Positions 38,956 through 51,734 of a DNA stretch of 64,000 nt are shown here, piece after piece. Source of the DNA: Isurus oxyrinchus (taxonomy: Eukaryota); assembly GCA_026770705.1 (NCBI GenBank), contig JANJGN010000049.1, positions 4,216,001 through 4,280,000 of the forward strand, in the 5' to 3' direction. Under the pieces are notes generated by a model. It saw nothing but the letters and a program-made list of their open reading frames with translations, searched no databases and was not told the origin of the DNA. Numbering within the stretch: the stretch's first letter is position 1; each line of letters opens with the position of its first letter. The translations under genes and the position numbers were made by a program.

Positions 38956-40005
38956 CATAAGAACATAAGAACATTAGAAATAGGAGCAGAAGTCGGCCTT
39001 TCGGCCCGTCAAGCCTGCCCCACTACTCAATAAGGTCATGGCTACTCTGCCCAGGCTTCAACTCCTCTTTCTTGCTTTCTCCTTATAGCCCTCAATCCCC
39101 AATATTTCAATAATTTATCTACCTCGTCTTTAAATACTCTCAGTGAGCTACCCTCCACAACTCTCTTGAGTAGAGAATTCCAAACATGCACTACCCTCTG
39201 GGAGAAGAATTTCCTTCGCATCTCAGTTTTTAATGAGTGCCCCCTGATTCTGTAACTATGTCCCCAAGTTGGAGGTTCCCCCATTAGTGGAAACATCTTC
39301 TCAAAATCTATCCTGTCAACTGCCTCAGAATCTTTCATGTTTCAATAAGATCACCCCTCAGTATTCTAAACTCTAATGAATAAAGTCTTCACTTGCTTCA
39401 CAGTTCTTGATTAGTCAACCCCTTCTTCCCAGGAATCAGCCTAGTGCATCTCTTTTGAACTGCCTGCAATGCCAATATATGCTTCCTTAAATATGGGGAC
39501 CAAAACTGTACACAGAACTCCAGGTGCGGCCTCACCAACACCCTGTAGGCTGTAACAAGACTTCTCGATTTTAAACTCCAACCACGAGCAAAACGGGCCA
39601 AAATTCCATTTGCCTTCTGAATTACTTGCTGCATCTGCATGCCAAGTTTTTTTTAAATAGGAACACCCAGATCCCTCTGAGCTGCACTTTTTTTGGAGTC
39701 TCCCTCCAGTTAAATAATATTCTGCCTTTCAATTCTTCCTAGCAATGTGTATGATCTTAAACCTTCCTACAATAAACTCCATCTGCCAACTTTTGCCCAC
39801 TGACATAACTTATCTATATCCCCTTGAAGATTCTTCAAGTCCTCATCACAACCTGACCTCCCACCTATTTTTGTATCATCAGAAAATTTGGATACATTAC
39901 ACTCTGCTCCCTCCTCCATGTCATTAGTATAGATAGTAAATAATTCAGTCCCTGGGACTGATCCTTATGGCACTCCATTAGTTACATCTTTCTAATCTGA
40001 AAATT
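38956..40005 (-). mobile_element. CR1-type LINE 3' fragment
   Basis: YRVLVRPHLEFCVQFWSPYLRK and HSLKTEMRRKFFSQRVVHVWNSL; cataagaa tail repeat. Confidence 0.9.
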
Positions 40006-40496
40006 CCCGGCTCTCTGACTTCTGTGTGTTAAATTAGGCTCTTCACATTGCAGGGTTTGTGTAGGGTAATAGGGATCATGGTGTCTCACACATGGAAAGT
40101 TTCCCCGCTCCAAGTGAGGTGGAAGCATTAACAGAATTAAGTGTGAGGAAAGGTTGCATCGTTCCCGTTTGTTGTTAAATAGTAACTGGATGCAACATTT
40201 CAAAACCATGTGACATTTATACTTCTCCAGGTTTTGAGTAATATTCTGAAAAATACATGGCTGTGAAAAAAGAGAGAAAGATGGGGACGGATTTGCTTCA
40301 AGGTTGTTCGCACATATGGGAAGTGTTGAATGAGCTGCTGATGTGCTGTGTCATCTGATGATTCTAATGTTTGATCAATTTCTCTGCCGCAGGGCTAAGG
40401 TTCTCAGCCGAATTGTACTTCTATAAAAAAGGTTCGGAACTGCAATAAGACAGCACAGTTTAATATTCTAGATCGTTCTGCAAAGTGCTGCATGTA

Positions 40497-40570
40497 GTTT
40501 TTGTAGTCCAGTGATTATCACATTTACTTTACATGGGGAAGATTCTCTGGTTCAAAACCCACTGCAGAGA
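40497..40570 (+). pseudogene. Decayed tRNA-Val pseudogene (an Asn remnant follows on the minus strand at about 40672-40734)
   Basis: gtttttgtagtccagtgattatcaca...ctggttcaaaacc. Confidence 0.6.
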
Positions 40571-40924
40571 AGTATAACTGGAAACATTTGTGGAAAAATT
40601 TCTTGCCGCCGTTGACAACCCAAATCTGTGGGACAATGAATGCTGATGGGAGGAAAAAACATTGGAACCTTCATCCCTGAGAACCGCCAAACTTTCAGTT
40701 AGTTGAACACGCTGATCAATTGTGCTGTAGGGACTGATGTAACTTTTCACGTTCTTTGCACAAGTGCAGCCGAGTCTCTTTGAACATCAGCACATCTTTC
40801 TCAACTTTTCAAACGTGTTCTGCTTTGTTGCTTTTGAAAATTTACTGCGACTAACTGAGTTGCTTCAGTCTTTGCCAGATTTTTCTCCATCTTACATCTT
40901 GTTGTCCAGTCACTTCTTATATAT

Positions 40925-42215
40925 TATAAAAACAGAAAGTCCTGGAAAAAAACTGAACAGTTTTGAGTTTTATCGCAGACTTGGTGGTGAGGGAAACACT
41001 GTTCACGTTTCGGGTCCGTATGACTCTTCTTCAGAGATGAAGGGAAGTAGAAAGTGATGGAATTTACACTGTTTAAGTGAGGCAGGGAGGGGGAGGGGCG
41101 GGACCAGTAGAGCCGGTGATTCTGGATAGAAGGTCAGCGATACGTGGGGGCTAAGGAGGGACTGACAAAGATGCCCTGGACACAAGACAAAGGCGATGTT
41201 AATGGTAGTGGTAAGGGCTGAAGAAGGTGCTGATAGTGGTATAAATGTAAGAAAGCAGGATGTGTGAATAGCAGAACAAGGATCAGCGCTCTGTTTAAAA
41301 ACAACATGGAATGAGTAACAGATGGCCCTTTTGGGGGTGGGATATGGGAGGGGGAGATAGTTGGGGGAAAAAGATAGAAAAGGGGATAATAAAGGGGTGA
41401 AATAATGAATAAATGAATGAAAAATATGTTAATAAAATACTTTTTTATAAAGAGATTTTGAAAAGGGTGAAAATGGGGGAGAGAGTTCGTGATCTGAAGC
41501 TATTGAACTCAATGTTAAGTGCGGAAGGCTGTAAAGTGCCTAATCAGAAGATGAGGTGTTGTTCCTCCATTTTGCGTTGAGCTTCACTGGAACAATGCAG
41601 CAAGCCAATAATAGACATATGGGCATGAGAGCAGGGTGGAGTGTTGAAATAGCAAATGACAGGGAGGTCCGGGTCATGCTTGCAGACAAACTGAAGATGT
41701 TCCATAAAGCGGTCTCTCAGTCTGTGTTTGGTCACTCCAATGTAGGGGAGACCCCATTGGGGGCAGTGAATGCAATGGACAAAATTGGAGGTGCAAATGA
41801 ATAGCTGCTTCACCTGAAAGGAGTGTTTGGGCCTGTGGAACGTGAGGAGAGAGGCCCCTAAAGGGCCATCTGTCATTGCTCTATGTTGTTCTTTCACAGA
41901 GTGCTGATCCTTGTTCTGCTATTCACACATTCTGCTTTCTTACCTTTATGCAAATATCAGCACCATTTTTAGCTCTTACCGCTACCATTAACACTCTCTT
42001 TTTCTTGTGCCCATAATATCTTTGTCAATTCTTCCTGACCTCCCCACCTGCTCCACCCCACCCCCTTGTAAACAGTATAAAAACAGTGAACAGTTCTGCT
42101 TCTCTTTAGCTCTGAAGAAGATCACATGGAATCGAGACGTTGACTCTGTTTCTCTCTCCATAGATGCTGCCAGATGCTGAGTTTTTACTTCAGATTTCCA
42201 GCATCCACAGTACTT
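40925..42215 (-). mobile_element. Older Penelope-like element with inverted 5' pLTR
   Basis: GIY-YIG remnant FVHCIHCPQWGLPYIGVTKHRLRDRFMEH (41544-41830); 41862-42215 is an inverted copy of 40925-41330; canonical CTGAAGA-a-gagtc...gaccc-GAAA motif at about 41003-41036 (-). Confidence 0.85.
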
Positions 42216-42328
42216 TAACTTAAAAGCAAAATGCTTCACCGCATTACTTTTCTTTTTCTTCGTATATATTGTTCTGCGGTTTTTCAGCTTTCCGCATAAC
42301 TTCGTATTCTCAGCTAAAGGTTAATGAT

Positions 42329-42401
42329 AGGCTCTAACAAAGGTTGAACTTACAGCCCCTGTATGGCAAGAGCAGTGCTCCAACCACTGAGCTATGGAGC
42401 T
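42329..42401 (-). pseudogene. tRNA-Thr pseudogene
   Basis: gctccatagctcagtggttggagcactg...; flank paralogous to 26950-27090. Confidence 0.75.
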
Positions 42402-42667
42402 ACATGGTAACAAGACCACACGGGAAAGTCCACCATATTCAATAGACTGAGGTAGATGCTAAGTCCCAGGTGGGTGACATTTGATAGACGTGGAAATGTC
42501 TGAGATGGAGAACAGGAAGTTAAAAGATGCAACATGAAAGCGGCAGAATTTGATGTGTGTCAGTTACTTTCAGTAATGAATTTCTGACGTGTGTCGCCTT
42601 GTCAGTTTCACAGGAGCCACAGGGATGAGGTTGGCGGCACTGGGATAAAATGAGGAATAATGTGAAC

Positions 42668-42748
42668 TGTGGTCAGCAGGATTCAAACCTTCAGGGGGAG
42701 ACCCCAATGGATTTCAAATCCATCACCTTAAACATTCAGCTCGACTAA
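42668..42748 (-). pseudogene. tRNA-Ser(TGA) pseudogene
   Basis: atggattTGAaatccattggggtctcccc retained; acceptor stem and boxes decayed. Confidence 0.8.
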
Positions 42749-43406
42749 AAGCTGCTCACGAGCTCCAATGTGTCCTTATCAAATCAGAGATGGCTGCAAA
42801 ATAAGTCAATCGGCCCGTCGTGTCTGTGCTGGCTCTCTGGAACAGCAGCTCTACCGATTCCACACACCCGCCTTTACACCCACAAAAAATTATATTTGTA
42901 TTGCCTCTCCAAACAAAACAAAAGACCACAACCCGCCCTATATTAAACTAGAGCCCCCTATTGTTCTCTGAAAGGGAATTTCTAAAGTGCCCAAAAGTGG
43001 GAATGTGACACAAACTGCGGCAGCGCTGGGATTAGGATCAACTCCTCGAGGGACTGGAAGAAACCCAAGTCCAAATCTCCATGTCACTGGGTCAGGGAAA
43101 CTGTGCATGGATTCTGCAGAAACTCCTTCTTCAAAAGTGAATTAGACAATTACTTGAAATAGAGAAATTGAGGCTTATGGAAAGAAAGAAGAATATTGAG
43201 ACTAATTGATTGCTCTTTAAAAAAGAAGCTGCGATGATCAGAGAGACTCTGAAACACGCTGTGCCATTTGATGATGACATTGTTGATCAGTCTGTGTCCA
43301 GCATTCCTGATGAGAACAGCCGAATTCCATTTCTTCAAAACAAAGACCCAAAGTGCTGCTGTGGAACTGCATTGTGGTCAGGTGCACTTATCGCCTAGTG
43401 TATTAA

Positions 43407-43479
43407 GTTTCTGTAGTGGAGTGGTTATCATATTTGCGTCACACGTGAATAGTTCCTGATTCAAAACCATGCCGGAACA
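43407..43479 (+). pseudogene. tRNA-Val(CAC) pseudogene
   Basis: gtttctgtagtggagtggttatca...gtCACacgtgaa...gattcaaaacc. Confidence 0.8.
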
Positions 43480-43946
43480 TTATTGAAACTTGTTCAATTA
43501 AGGGAGAGGGAAAATTGCTTTGCTCCTGCTTGTTGTTGAATATTAGCTGAATGCAGAATCTCACATCTGTATTGCATTTACTCTTTGTCTTTTCACAAAG
43601 TGGACACTCAGCAAAGTGATGATATCCTTCAACTGCCAACGCGTGAGTGGAGAATATTCAACATGAATATTCAATAAAAACATATCTGTTGGAACTCGCT
43701 GGGTAACAGGAGAGTTGGCGATTTTTGCACTTTTTTGTCACTTAAGGAGTCAATGACAACGCGGGACTGTGTGACAATGAATGCTGCTCCAGCTAACTGC
43801 AATCGCTGTCGTCATTGGCTGAAGAAGTCGTTTGTGTTCTACATAAACGTGTCATTTTGTGGGAGAAAAGTGCCTCTGGTGAAAGAAATGTGAAATGGAA
43901 ATAAAATGCACAGGTAGCATGGATAAGCCGGGTTGTGAATTTGCAA

Positions 43947-43979
43947 GCCTGGGGGTCTAGTGGTTAGGATTCGGCGCTT
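43947..43979 (+). pseudogene. tRNA-Glu 5' half (a Glu 3' fragment lies on the minus strand at about 44833-44884)
   Basis: ggtctagtggttaggattcggcgct is identical to tRNA-Glu, then similarity stops. Confidence 0.7.
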
Positions 43980-46332
43980 ATAAATGTCATGGAAATGATT
44001 AAAATAAATGTGCATTACTTCTTGATTGAAAACTGAAAACGCATATCAGCTCCGCTTGAATCAGTGGAGTGAGAGCTGGAGTTTTGCATCAGAGCTGGAA
44101 ATGTCACCTGTGCAACAGGTCGCGAACAAATACAGAGGTGAAGATCGGAAATCAGAGAAGGGCTGTGATAGGCTGAAAAGCAGTGACCATAGAGATAGTG
44201 GTGCATGGGAAAATGTAGAGGTGATAGGGGAGATTTTATTGTTTGCACTGACACAAATATTTCCCAGAGCTGTTTCCAAATCTCGTGCCAAATGAGAAGG
44301 AAATTTCCCACTGAATTTATTCAGTTCCATGATCTTAAAGGAGCAGAACACAAGGGAAGAAGGTGTATTTTGCTGGAAAGGGTTGTAAGATGATGGAATA
44401 ACTGTGAAGGCAGCAGCAGTGAGGATGGAAATGAAACTATTATAGAAAATTACAGCACAGAAAGAGGCCATTCGGCCCGGCGTGCTGCTTTAAAAAAGCA
44501 GTTGTGATTGGTTGATCAGAGATATTTGTCCCAGTTTGAACAGCAGGAAGAAAAATCTGTCCCATTCCCACCCATATTTTGCACCATCATCCCTTTAGTC
44601 AGTTTCTCTCTCGTGCCTTGTAACCTATCACAGTCCTTCCCTTTTGCCCTTTCACTCCCCTCTCTCCCCATCCGGACTTGTTTTCCACCTGTTACATCTC
44701 TGGCTTTTCCAGCTCTGATGAAGGTTCATCCAGCTGGAAGATTAACTCCCTTTCTCACTCCACAGATCTGATTCCATTCAATAAGGAATTCCTGTTCATT
44801 GTGATAGTTCACACAATGAAAAGGAAAAGGTTATCCCTGTACGGGAATTAAACCTAGGCTGCAGCGGTGAAAGCACCAAATGCTCAGAATTAAATACTCT
44901 GACATTCAATGGCGCAGAGAGCAGTTTTCACTCAGAAACCAGCAGCTGTGATATTAACAAAGCAGGATGGAGAAAAACTCAGTTTGAGCGGTGACCCTGC
45001 CGGAGGAATGGAAACCTGGGGATCACCAATGAAAGCAGCAAAGATTAAAAAGGGAATTTCGCTGAGCACAGGTCGCAAACGGAACAGACCTGGCATTAAG
45101 AGTCTCAGACGCCATCGACTGAACTCACCAGGCATGTAAGAAGAGCGAAGCATTCCACATCCCAACATCCATGGAGATCACTGCTGTTTTCGACCTCAAG
45201 CATCAGCTGGTTCTGAATTTCAAAGGTGATCGACCTCCAAGAGCCCCAAGTTTGCAATACATTCCTCTCAATCATCAATAAAATCATTCACATCTTCCAC
45301 TTCTTAGCTGCACCTCCTTCCAAACCTTGCAAACTCCTCTTCAATATTTCATCTTGATATTTTGGTATGAAATTGCACAGTTAATATAACTAAAGTTTTT
45401 GATGGTGAAAAATGTGTTTAACCCCTCGGGGATCTGAACCACATTGACACACACATTTACACCGAGAGTGACAAACACCCAGAAAACAAGGATGTCACCA
45501 ACTTGACCAATTATTGTTCCACGTCAGATTGCAGATTTAGTGAATGTTTGCAGGTGAACGGAAATAAGAAACACAGAAATAGTTTGATTTTTTTTATTTC
45601 ATTTAACTGATCATTAATTCCGAAGGCAGTTTGCTAAAGTCAAGAGTTGATCCGGGCTGTGTCGCAGGAAAGAGAGGAATAAGGATCAGGAGGAGGCCAT
45701 TCAGCCCTTTGAATCTGCTTCGCTATTCAGTAAGATCATGGCTGATCTGATTGTGGTCTCAAGGCCACTTTGCTGTCTGCTCAATATTTGGAAAATATTG
45801 TCAGTTGGCAGGTGGGAAAATGGAGAAGGAACCAAAAAAGAAAACACAGTCTCCAGCTTTGTGTATCTTTAGAAACTTTGGGAACCGGAATCAGAGGAGA
45901 ATGAAAGGTGAAATGTTTGACTGACCACAGACCGTCAAGGCACCTTTCCCTTCTTTAGGACGCTGGAACATTAACACTGAAGTTATCAGTGAAGTTATCT
46001 GACCTGAGAGATTGAAATGATTCTCATTACTGCACATCAGAAATTCAAACCTAACATCGGCTTCAGGACAATCAGAATAGTTGGTAACAGTCAAGACACC
46101 GAAAGGCTGGAAGGAAGACAGCACCGGTTATAGGAGAGCTGGTTCCCGGTGACATGGATGTGTCTGCAGTGGGTGGGATCAGACTGTTTCCATGTATCCA
46201 CAGTGAATGTCCCTCCCTTTATTTTGGAAGGGTTAAAATGAAGAGAACAATTGTCATCCCGGTAGCAGCAAACTGAAGCATAAACACGCTGACACCCTGG
46301 TTTAGGAAAGTTGGCAGGTCAGCCTTACTTCA

Positions 46333-46406
46333 GTCTCTGTGGTGCAATTGTTTAGTGCATTCCAATGGTAGCCAAAAGGTTGGTGGTTCAATACCACCCA
46401 GGGACG
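46333..46406 (+). pseudogene. tRNA-Asn pseudogene
   Basis: gtctctgtggtgcaattg...aaggttggtggttcaataccacccagggacg; anticodon arm damaged. Confidence 0.82.
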
Positions 46407-48763
46407 AAGATTTCACTTTTTTCTCCCTATCAGCTTTCATTGTCACACAGATCCGGGCTCTCATTGGCTACTTGAGCTGCAAGGAATTATCCCGCAAACT
46501 TTACCCTTAACCAGTGTGTTCCCACACCGATGTTTTTGTTTTGAATGTTCATTTCAAACACAATAAAAATCAATAAACGACTGTGTAATTACACCTAACT
46601 CATTGGACACCTGTGAAATTATTGGTTTCAGACAAACCCGTCAATTATTGTCTCTTTCTCGGCTTCACAGTGAGTGAGACAGGGAAAAGCAGAAAAGTAG
46701 CAATATTCCGGTGCCCCAATCTCCAATCACCCACAGCCAGCTGAAAGATTTTCTCACTTTGCTGAGGGTTTATCCTGTGAAATGGTGAATGGGAAATGTA
46801 ATGTGACTGAGTGATATTACATTCACTTAACATGCAACTACAAACACGAATGATGCAAAATGTGCCAGCTCACTGTCAAAAATAGATGCCTGTCATGCTT
46901 CATTTTAACAGGAAGAACGAGGAGAGACAATATAAATTTAAATTGCAGTGGAGAAAATGCGGGGTTATCAAATTAGTTGAATTCCTTTTGCCATCAGCCA
47001 GCATGGACACGATGGGCTGAATGACATCCTCCTCTGCTGTAGATATTTATGATTTTTTACCAACGACATTAACCAGTGCACAGGGCCAGTTGTCGTGGCC
47101 GGTTCGTTTAGGCGATGGAGCCCAAGTCCATTAGGATTCCCCGCTTCTCATTATTCCTGGTTTTAACTGTGTCTATAGAGTTAATTATAGGTTAAATCGA
47201 ATCAAATCTATCCAAACACTTGGGGGTTTTTCTATTCCTGTTCATTCACGAAAAGACTCACGAAACTTGGAACAGGAATAAAACTTGGCCTCATGCTTGC
47301 TTTCTGAATATTTGCCTCCCCTTAGAGACATACCCTTGCCCTCTGTCACTCTCAGTGCATATGTTTGCGTGTGTTCCTCTGTGTGTGTCAATGTGAGTCA
47401 GTTCCTCGAGGGGTGAACACATTTTTACCATCACTAACTTTATTTAAATTAGTTATGCAACTTCATGTTAAAAAGTTAGAGAAAAATATCAGTATGAAAG
47501 ATGAAAGAGAGAGTTTGAAATTTTTGGAAGGAGGTGCAATTAAGAAGCAGAAATGGGAATGATGTTATTGATGATTGAGAGGGATGCATTGCAACCTTGG
47601 GGTTTTTGTAGATCGATTCCCTTCTACACTTTAAGATTCAGAACGAGCTGAGGCTCCAGGTGGGAAAAAAACGTCTGTCGCCATATCTGTTGGGATATGA
47701 AGACTTCCTTCCCCCATTCCCGGCTACCTCAGTCAATAGAATATATTCAGGGTCATGTGTTGGAGCCCCATGCTGGGGACTGTTGTCATTTACAATCTTG
47801 CTGCTTTAAAACAAAAAAGAACACAACTTCATTCAGTGGCACCTAAAAGGCAGATATTTACCACTGGCACCAACTAACAGACATCAAATTCAAAGCACTT
47901 TCATGTCGCGTTTCTTTCTGCTTCTGTCCCTGTCTCGCCTCCAGCTCCCCCTGCCTTCACAGCTCCCAGGTCAACTAGCTGCTTGATGCAGACACAGTCA
48001 GTTCATAGGTATGTAAGACACAATACGATAGGTTTGCAGCCCATAGAGTAAAAAGATACCACCTTCCTGATTCTCCCAGATACTGATTACAGGAATGTGC
48101 ACAGTGCCGATTATCCACAGTCACACTCTCCTTCCAGTCTTGTCTACGTTAATCAGCTTTGAAATTGTTCCCATTTTCACACTGGATTTCAACGTGAAGA
48201 AAGCAGAGCTGTGATAAGCTTATATTGTTCAGCAGATGTATTGCAGAAAGGTACCTAACAGGCTGATGATAACAGTACTCTTTGGACGCGGTGAGCTCCA
48301 GTGAAGGATTGGCACCATTAATGTGTCTCTCATTTAGTCTCGTGACAAATCTCATGCTGGAAATGACAAGAAAACTCGCGGAATTTGTTATGTGTTTTGG
48401 TTTCCGACGAGCAGAATACAAGGTAAGAAAGCGCATTTCGCTAGAGTGGGTTATAAAGTGGCAGTGTTGGCGGTGGGGAAACATAACATTATAGAAAATT
48501 ACAGCACAGAAAGAGCCCATTGGGCCCGGCTCGCTGCTTCCAAAGCGGAGTTGATTGATCAGAAGTGATATTTGTGCCGGTGCAAACAGGAGACAGAAAC
48601 ATTCGTCCTTCTCGCACTCATATTTCGCCTTGCAACCAGCCTTTCTTCCTTTCTGTTTGTTCTCGACTTTTTCGAAGTGTGACATTTCTTGCTGTGAGGC
48701 TAAACTTTAACTCTCAGGGGAGCTGTTTGCAAACAGAAAGTGACGACACTCAACAAACCTTAA

Positions 48764-48835
48764 TCCCCTGACCGGGAATCGAACCCGGGACGCGACGGTG
48801 AAAGCGCCGAATCCTAACCACTTGATGACCAGATA
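48764..48835 (-). pseudogene. tRNA-Glu(TTC) gene with damaged 5' end (probable pseudogene)
   Basis: 3' two-thirds nearly canonical, including B box ggttcgattcc; 5' acceptor strand and A box mutated. Confidence 0.85.
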
Positions 48836-50037
48836 ATCTATTGAAGTTGTTGATTTGGCTTATCCACTCTGCTTTTGCCTATTGTTTTTCAGTTCAGATC
48901 TCTTTCACCACAAAACTGCTTGTTTAGGCTTAATACAAACGAATTCTTCAGCCAATGATAACGACGGTTGCTGTGAGCTGGAACATGAAATTAACAATGA
49001 GGTGAAATAGTCCCACAAGCTGCACATGCGCAACTTTCAATTTCCAAACCCTCCACCCTATTCGCTGTTGATCCAATGGAAGCGCCGATCCCCAGTCAAG
49101 AGACATCAGGGAAAGTACCAAAAAGGTTTGACATTTGGCATTTAGAAGCTACTTTCGACTTTTGTTTTCCATTCCCGATCTTTTCACCAGAGAGAACTTT
49201 CTCCGACTAATTGGTCTGTTTAGATTGAACACAGGAGACTTCTTTAGCCAATGAGAAGAAACATTGCTGTGAGCTGGAACATGAAATCGATACTTTCCTC
49301 CTGTAAGACAGTTCTTAAAGCCTCCGCCTTTGACCGAGCTTTTAGTCATCTGACCGATTATGTGGCTCGGTGTCACACTTTGTTATATAATGATCATGGG
49401 GGACGCCTTGTGACGTTTCAACAGATTAAATGCGCTTTATAAATATATTATTAGATGCAGAAGCAATATCAAAACTTGCCCTTTTAAGTGAAATGAAAGC
49501 TGCCTTGTTCCTGTTTGTTGTTGGATATTAACTGAGCGCAGTATCTTATAAGCGACTTAGATTCGCTCTTCACCATTACACAGAATAAACACTCAGCAAA
49601 GTGAATGTATCTGTTTGCTGGCAGCGGGTGATTGGGGAGTGCGTGGCCGGAATATAGCTGCTTCTCTGCTTTTTCCTGTCTCACACGCTGCGGAGCTGAG
49701 GAAGAGAGAATCATTAACGGGTCTATTTGAAACCAATAACTTCATAGATTTGTAGATACATGGTTGGTCAGTTGTTAAATTATATTTTAAATTTATATTC
49801 AGATAAAAAAATCACTGCTGTTGGAACCCGCTGGGCAACAGGAGAGTTGGATTCTTTTCTCTTTGTCGCTTAAGGACCCAATAACAACCCGGAACTGTCT
49901 GACGATGGATGTTGTTTGTGTTTTATATAAACGTGTCAATTTGAGGGAGAAACGTGTCTCTAATGGAAGAGGTTTGAAATGGAAATAAAAGGCATAGGTA
50001 GCATGGCTTACCCAGGTTGTGAGGCGTGTGAGCACCT

Positions 50038-50109
50038 TCCCTGGTGGCCCAAACGCTAGGATTCTATGCTTTCATAGTCGGGGCGTGGGTTCGATCCTTG
50101 GTTAGGGAG
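50038..50109 (+). pseudogene. tRNA-Glu(TTC) pseudogene
   Basis: tccctggtgg...ctaggattc...gggttcgatcc. Confidence 0.75.
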
Positions 50110-50554
50110 CAGTGAATTTGATAACGTAGGGCGACGTGCTAGGATGACCCTGAGTAATAAAAAACACAGGCAACCTGCATATCACCTCTACCATAATAAA
50201 TGGACCAAGAGCTTGTATCAGAGCTCGGAATTGCAACAGATCAAGAGCAAACACTGAGATGAAGATCTGGGATGTGAGGACATTGCAAATTCCTCTTTCA
50301 TCTTGATACTTTTCTCTGTTACATTGTAATGTGAAGCTGCATAACCAATGTGCAAAAAGTTTATGATGGGAAAATATGTGTTCTCGGGGGACTGAATCAC
50401 ATTGACACACAGAAAGGAACACACACGGACATGTACACCGAGAGTGAAAGAGGCCTAAGGAGAGACAAAGACCCAGAAAGCAACCGTGTCACCAAATTGG
50501 CCAATGATTGTTCCGTTTCAGACTCCAAATTTAGTGAATGTTTGCAACTGAAAT

Positions 50555-50940
50555 AACTTTTATTAACACGGATGAGAAGAAGATTTATGATTAATTCTGC
50601 AGACAGTTTGTAATACATTCTCGAGATGTGGGCTTCGCTGGCTGGGCCAGCATTTAATGCCCATCCCATTATTCCCTTGAGAAGGTGCTGCTGAGCTGCC
50701 TTCTTGACACGCAGCAGTCCTTGTGGTGTAGGTACACCCAGAGTGCTGTTAGGAAGGGAGTTCCAGGATTTTGACCCAGCGACAGTGAAGAAACAGCGAC
50801 ATATTTCCGAGTCAGGATGGTGAGCGCCTTGCAGGAGAAATTCCAGGTTGTCGTGTTCCCATCTATCTGCTGTCCTTGTTTTTCTAGGTGGTAATTGTCG
50901 TGGGCTTGGAAGGTTCTGTCTAAGGAGGCTTGGTGATTTC
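50555..50940 (-). mobile_element. LINE 3' end, same family as 30180-31780 (another copy at about 54400-54895)
   Basis: Reverse-complement match to 31460-31770. Confidence 0.8.
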
Positions 50941-51734
50941 ATGCACATGTGATAACCACTGCCCTACAGAACAATACCTGACAAAGCCAGAGGCACCTGC
51001 ATACTATGTTAACCTGTGAGGTCCTGCTGCCGCACTTTGGGTCTTTGTTTTACAGAAATGGAATTCGGGTGGCAAATTTAGAAATGTTGTCATCAAATTA
51101 ATCTGATGATGTCATCATAAAATGGCAGAGTGCGCGAGGAGACCATTTAAACCATCATATCATTACCAGCATTTTACAATGTTCTTTCCAATTAGTCTCA
51201 ATTTCCTTCTCTTTCTGCATCATCCTGATCGTTTTTCTCCCTTTCAAGTCATTGTCCAATTCCATTTCGAAAACTCTTGAGTTAAGAAAAACAATATTCA
51301 AAGAGGCACAGGAGCTGCTGCCGTGTCCATGCTCAGTGTGTGAAAATTAACAAAGTTCCCCTGACCCAAAGACATGAAGAGTTAAGCTGGTGATTCTTAT
51401 ACAGCTTTCAAAAAAATTAATTTCATTTCAAATGGAATTTGAAAAGGAATTTTAGTCTGATGAAGCATCTCCTTATTTTTCTTATTTGATTGATGCACTC
51501 TAATCCCCTTGTCTGTACAACCTGTTACAGAGGCGGTTATAGGAAAGAGGGAAAGGTTTGCTGCAGCTATACAAAGCCCTGATTAGGTCACACCTGGAGG
51601 ACTGTGTCTCGCTCTGGGAACGGAACCTTATAAAGGATCAACATTGACCTTGAAAATTTCAGAGGAGCAGCATTGATGAAGATGGTGGGTCTTGGAAATT
51701 GAAAGTGGCACATCCACAGCTTGTGGCACTATTC

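Larger units (their letters stand above)
45780..49450 (+). repeat. Segmental unit copy C (Asn, Ser fragment 47088-47144, Lys remnant 47718-47778, Glu)
   Basis: Same spacer blocks and tDNA order as copy A, plus an extra Ser-bearing block. Confidence 0.78.
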
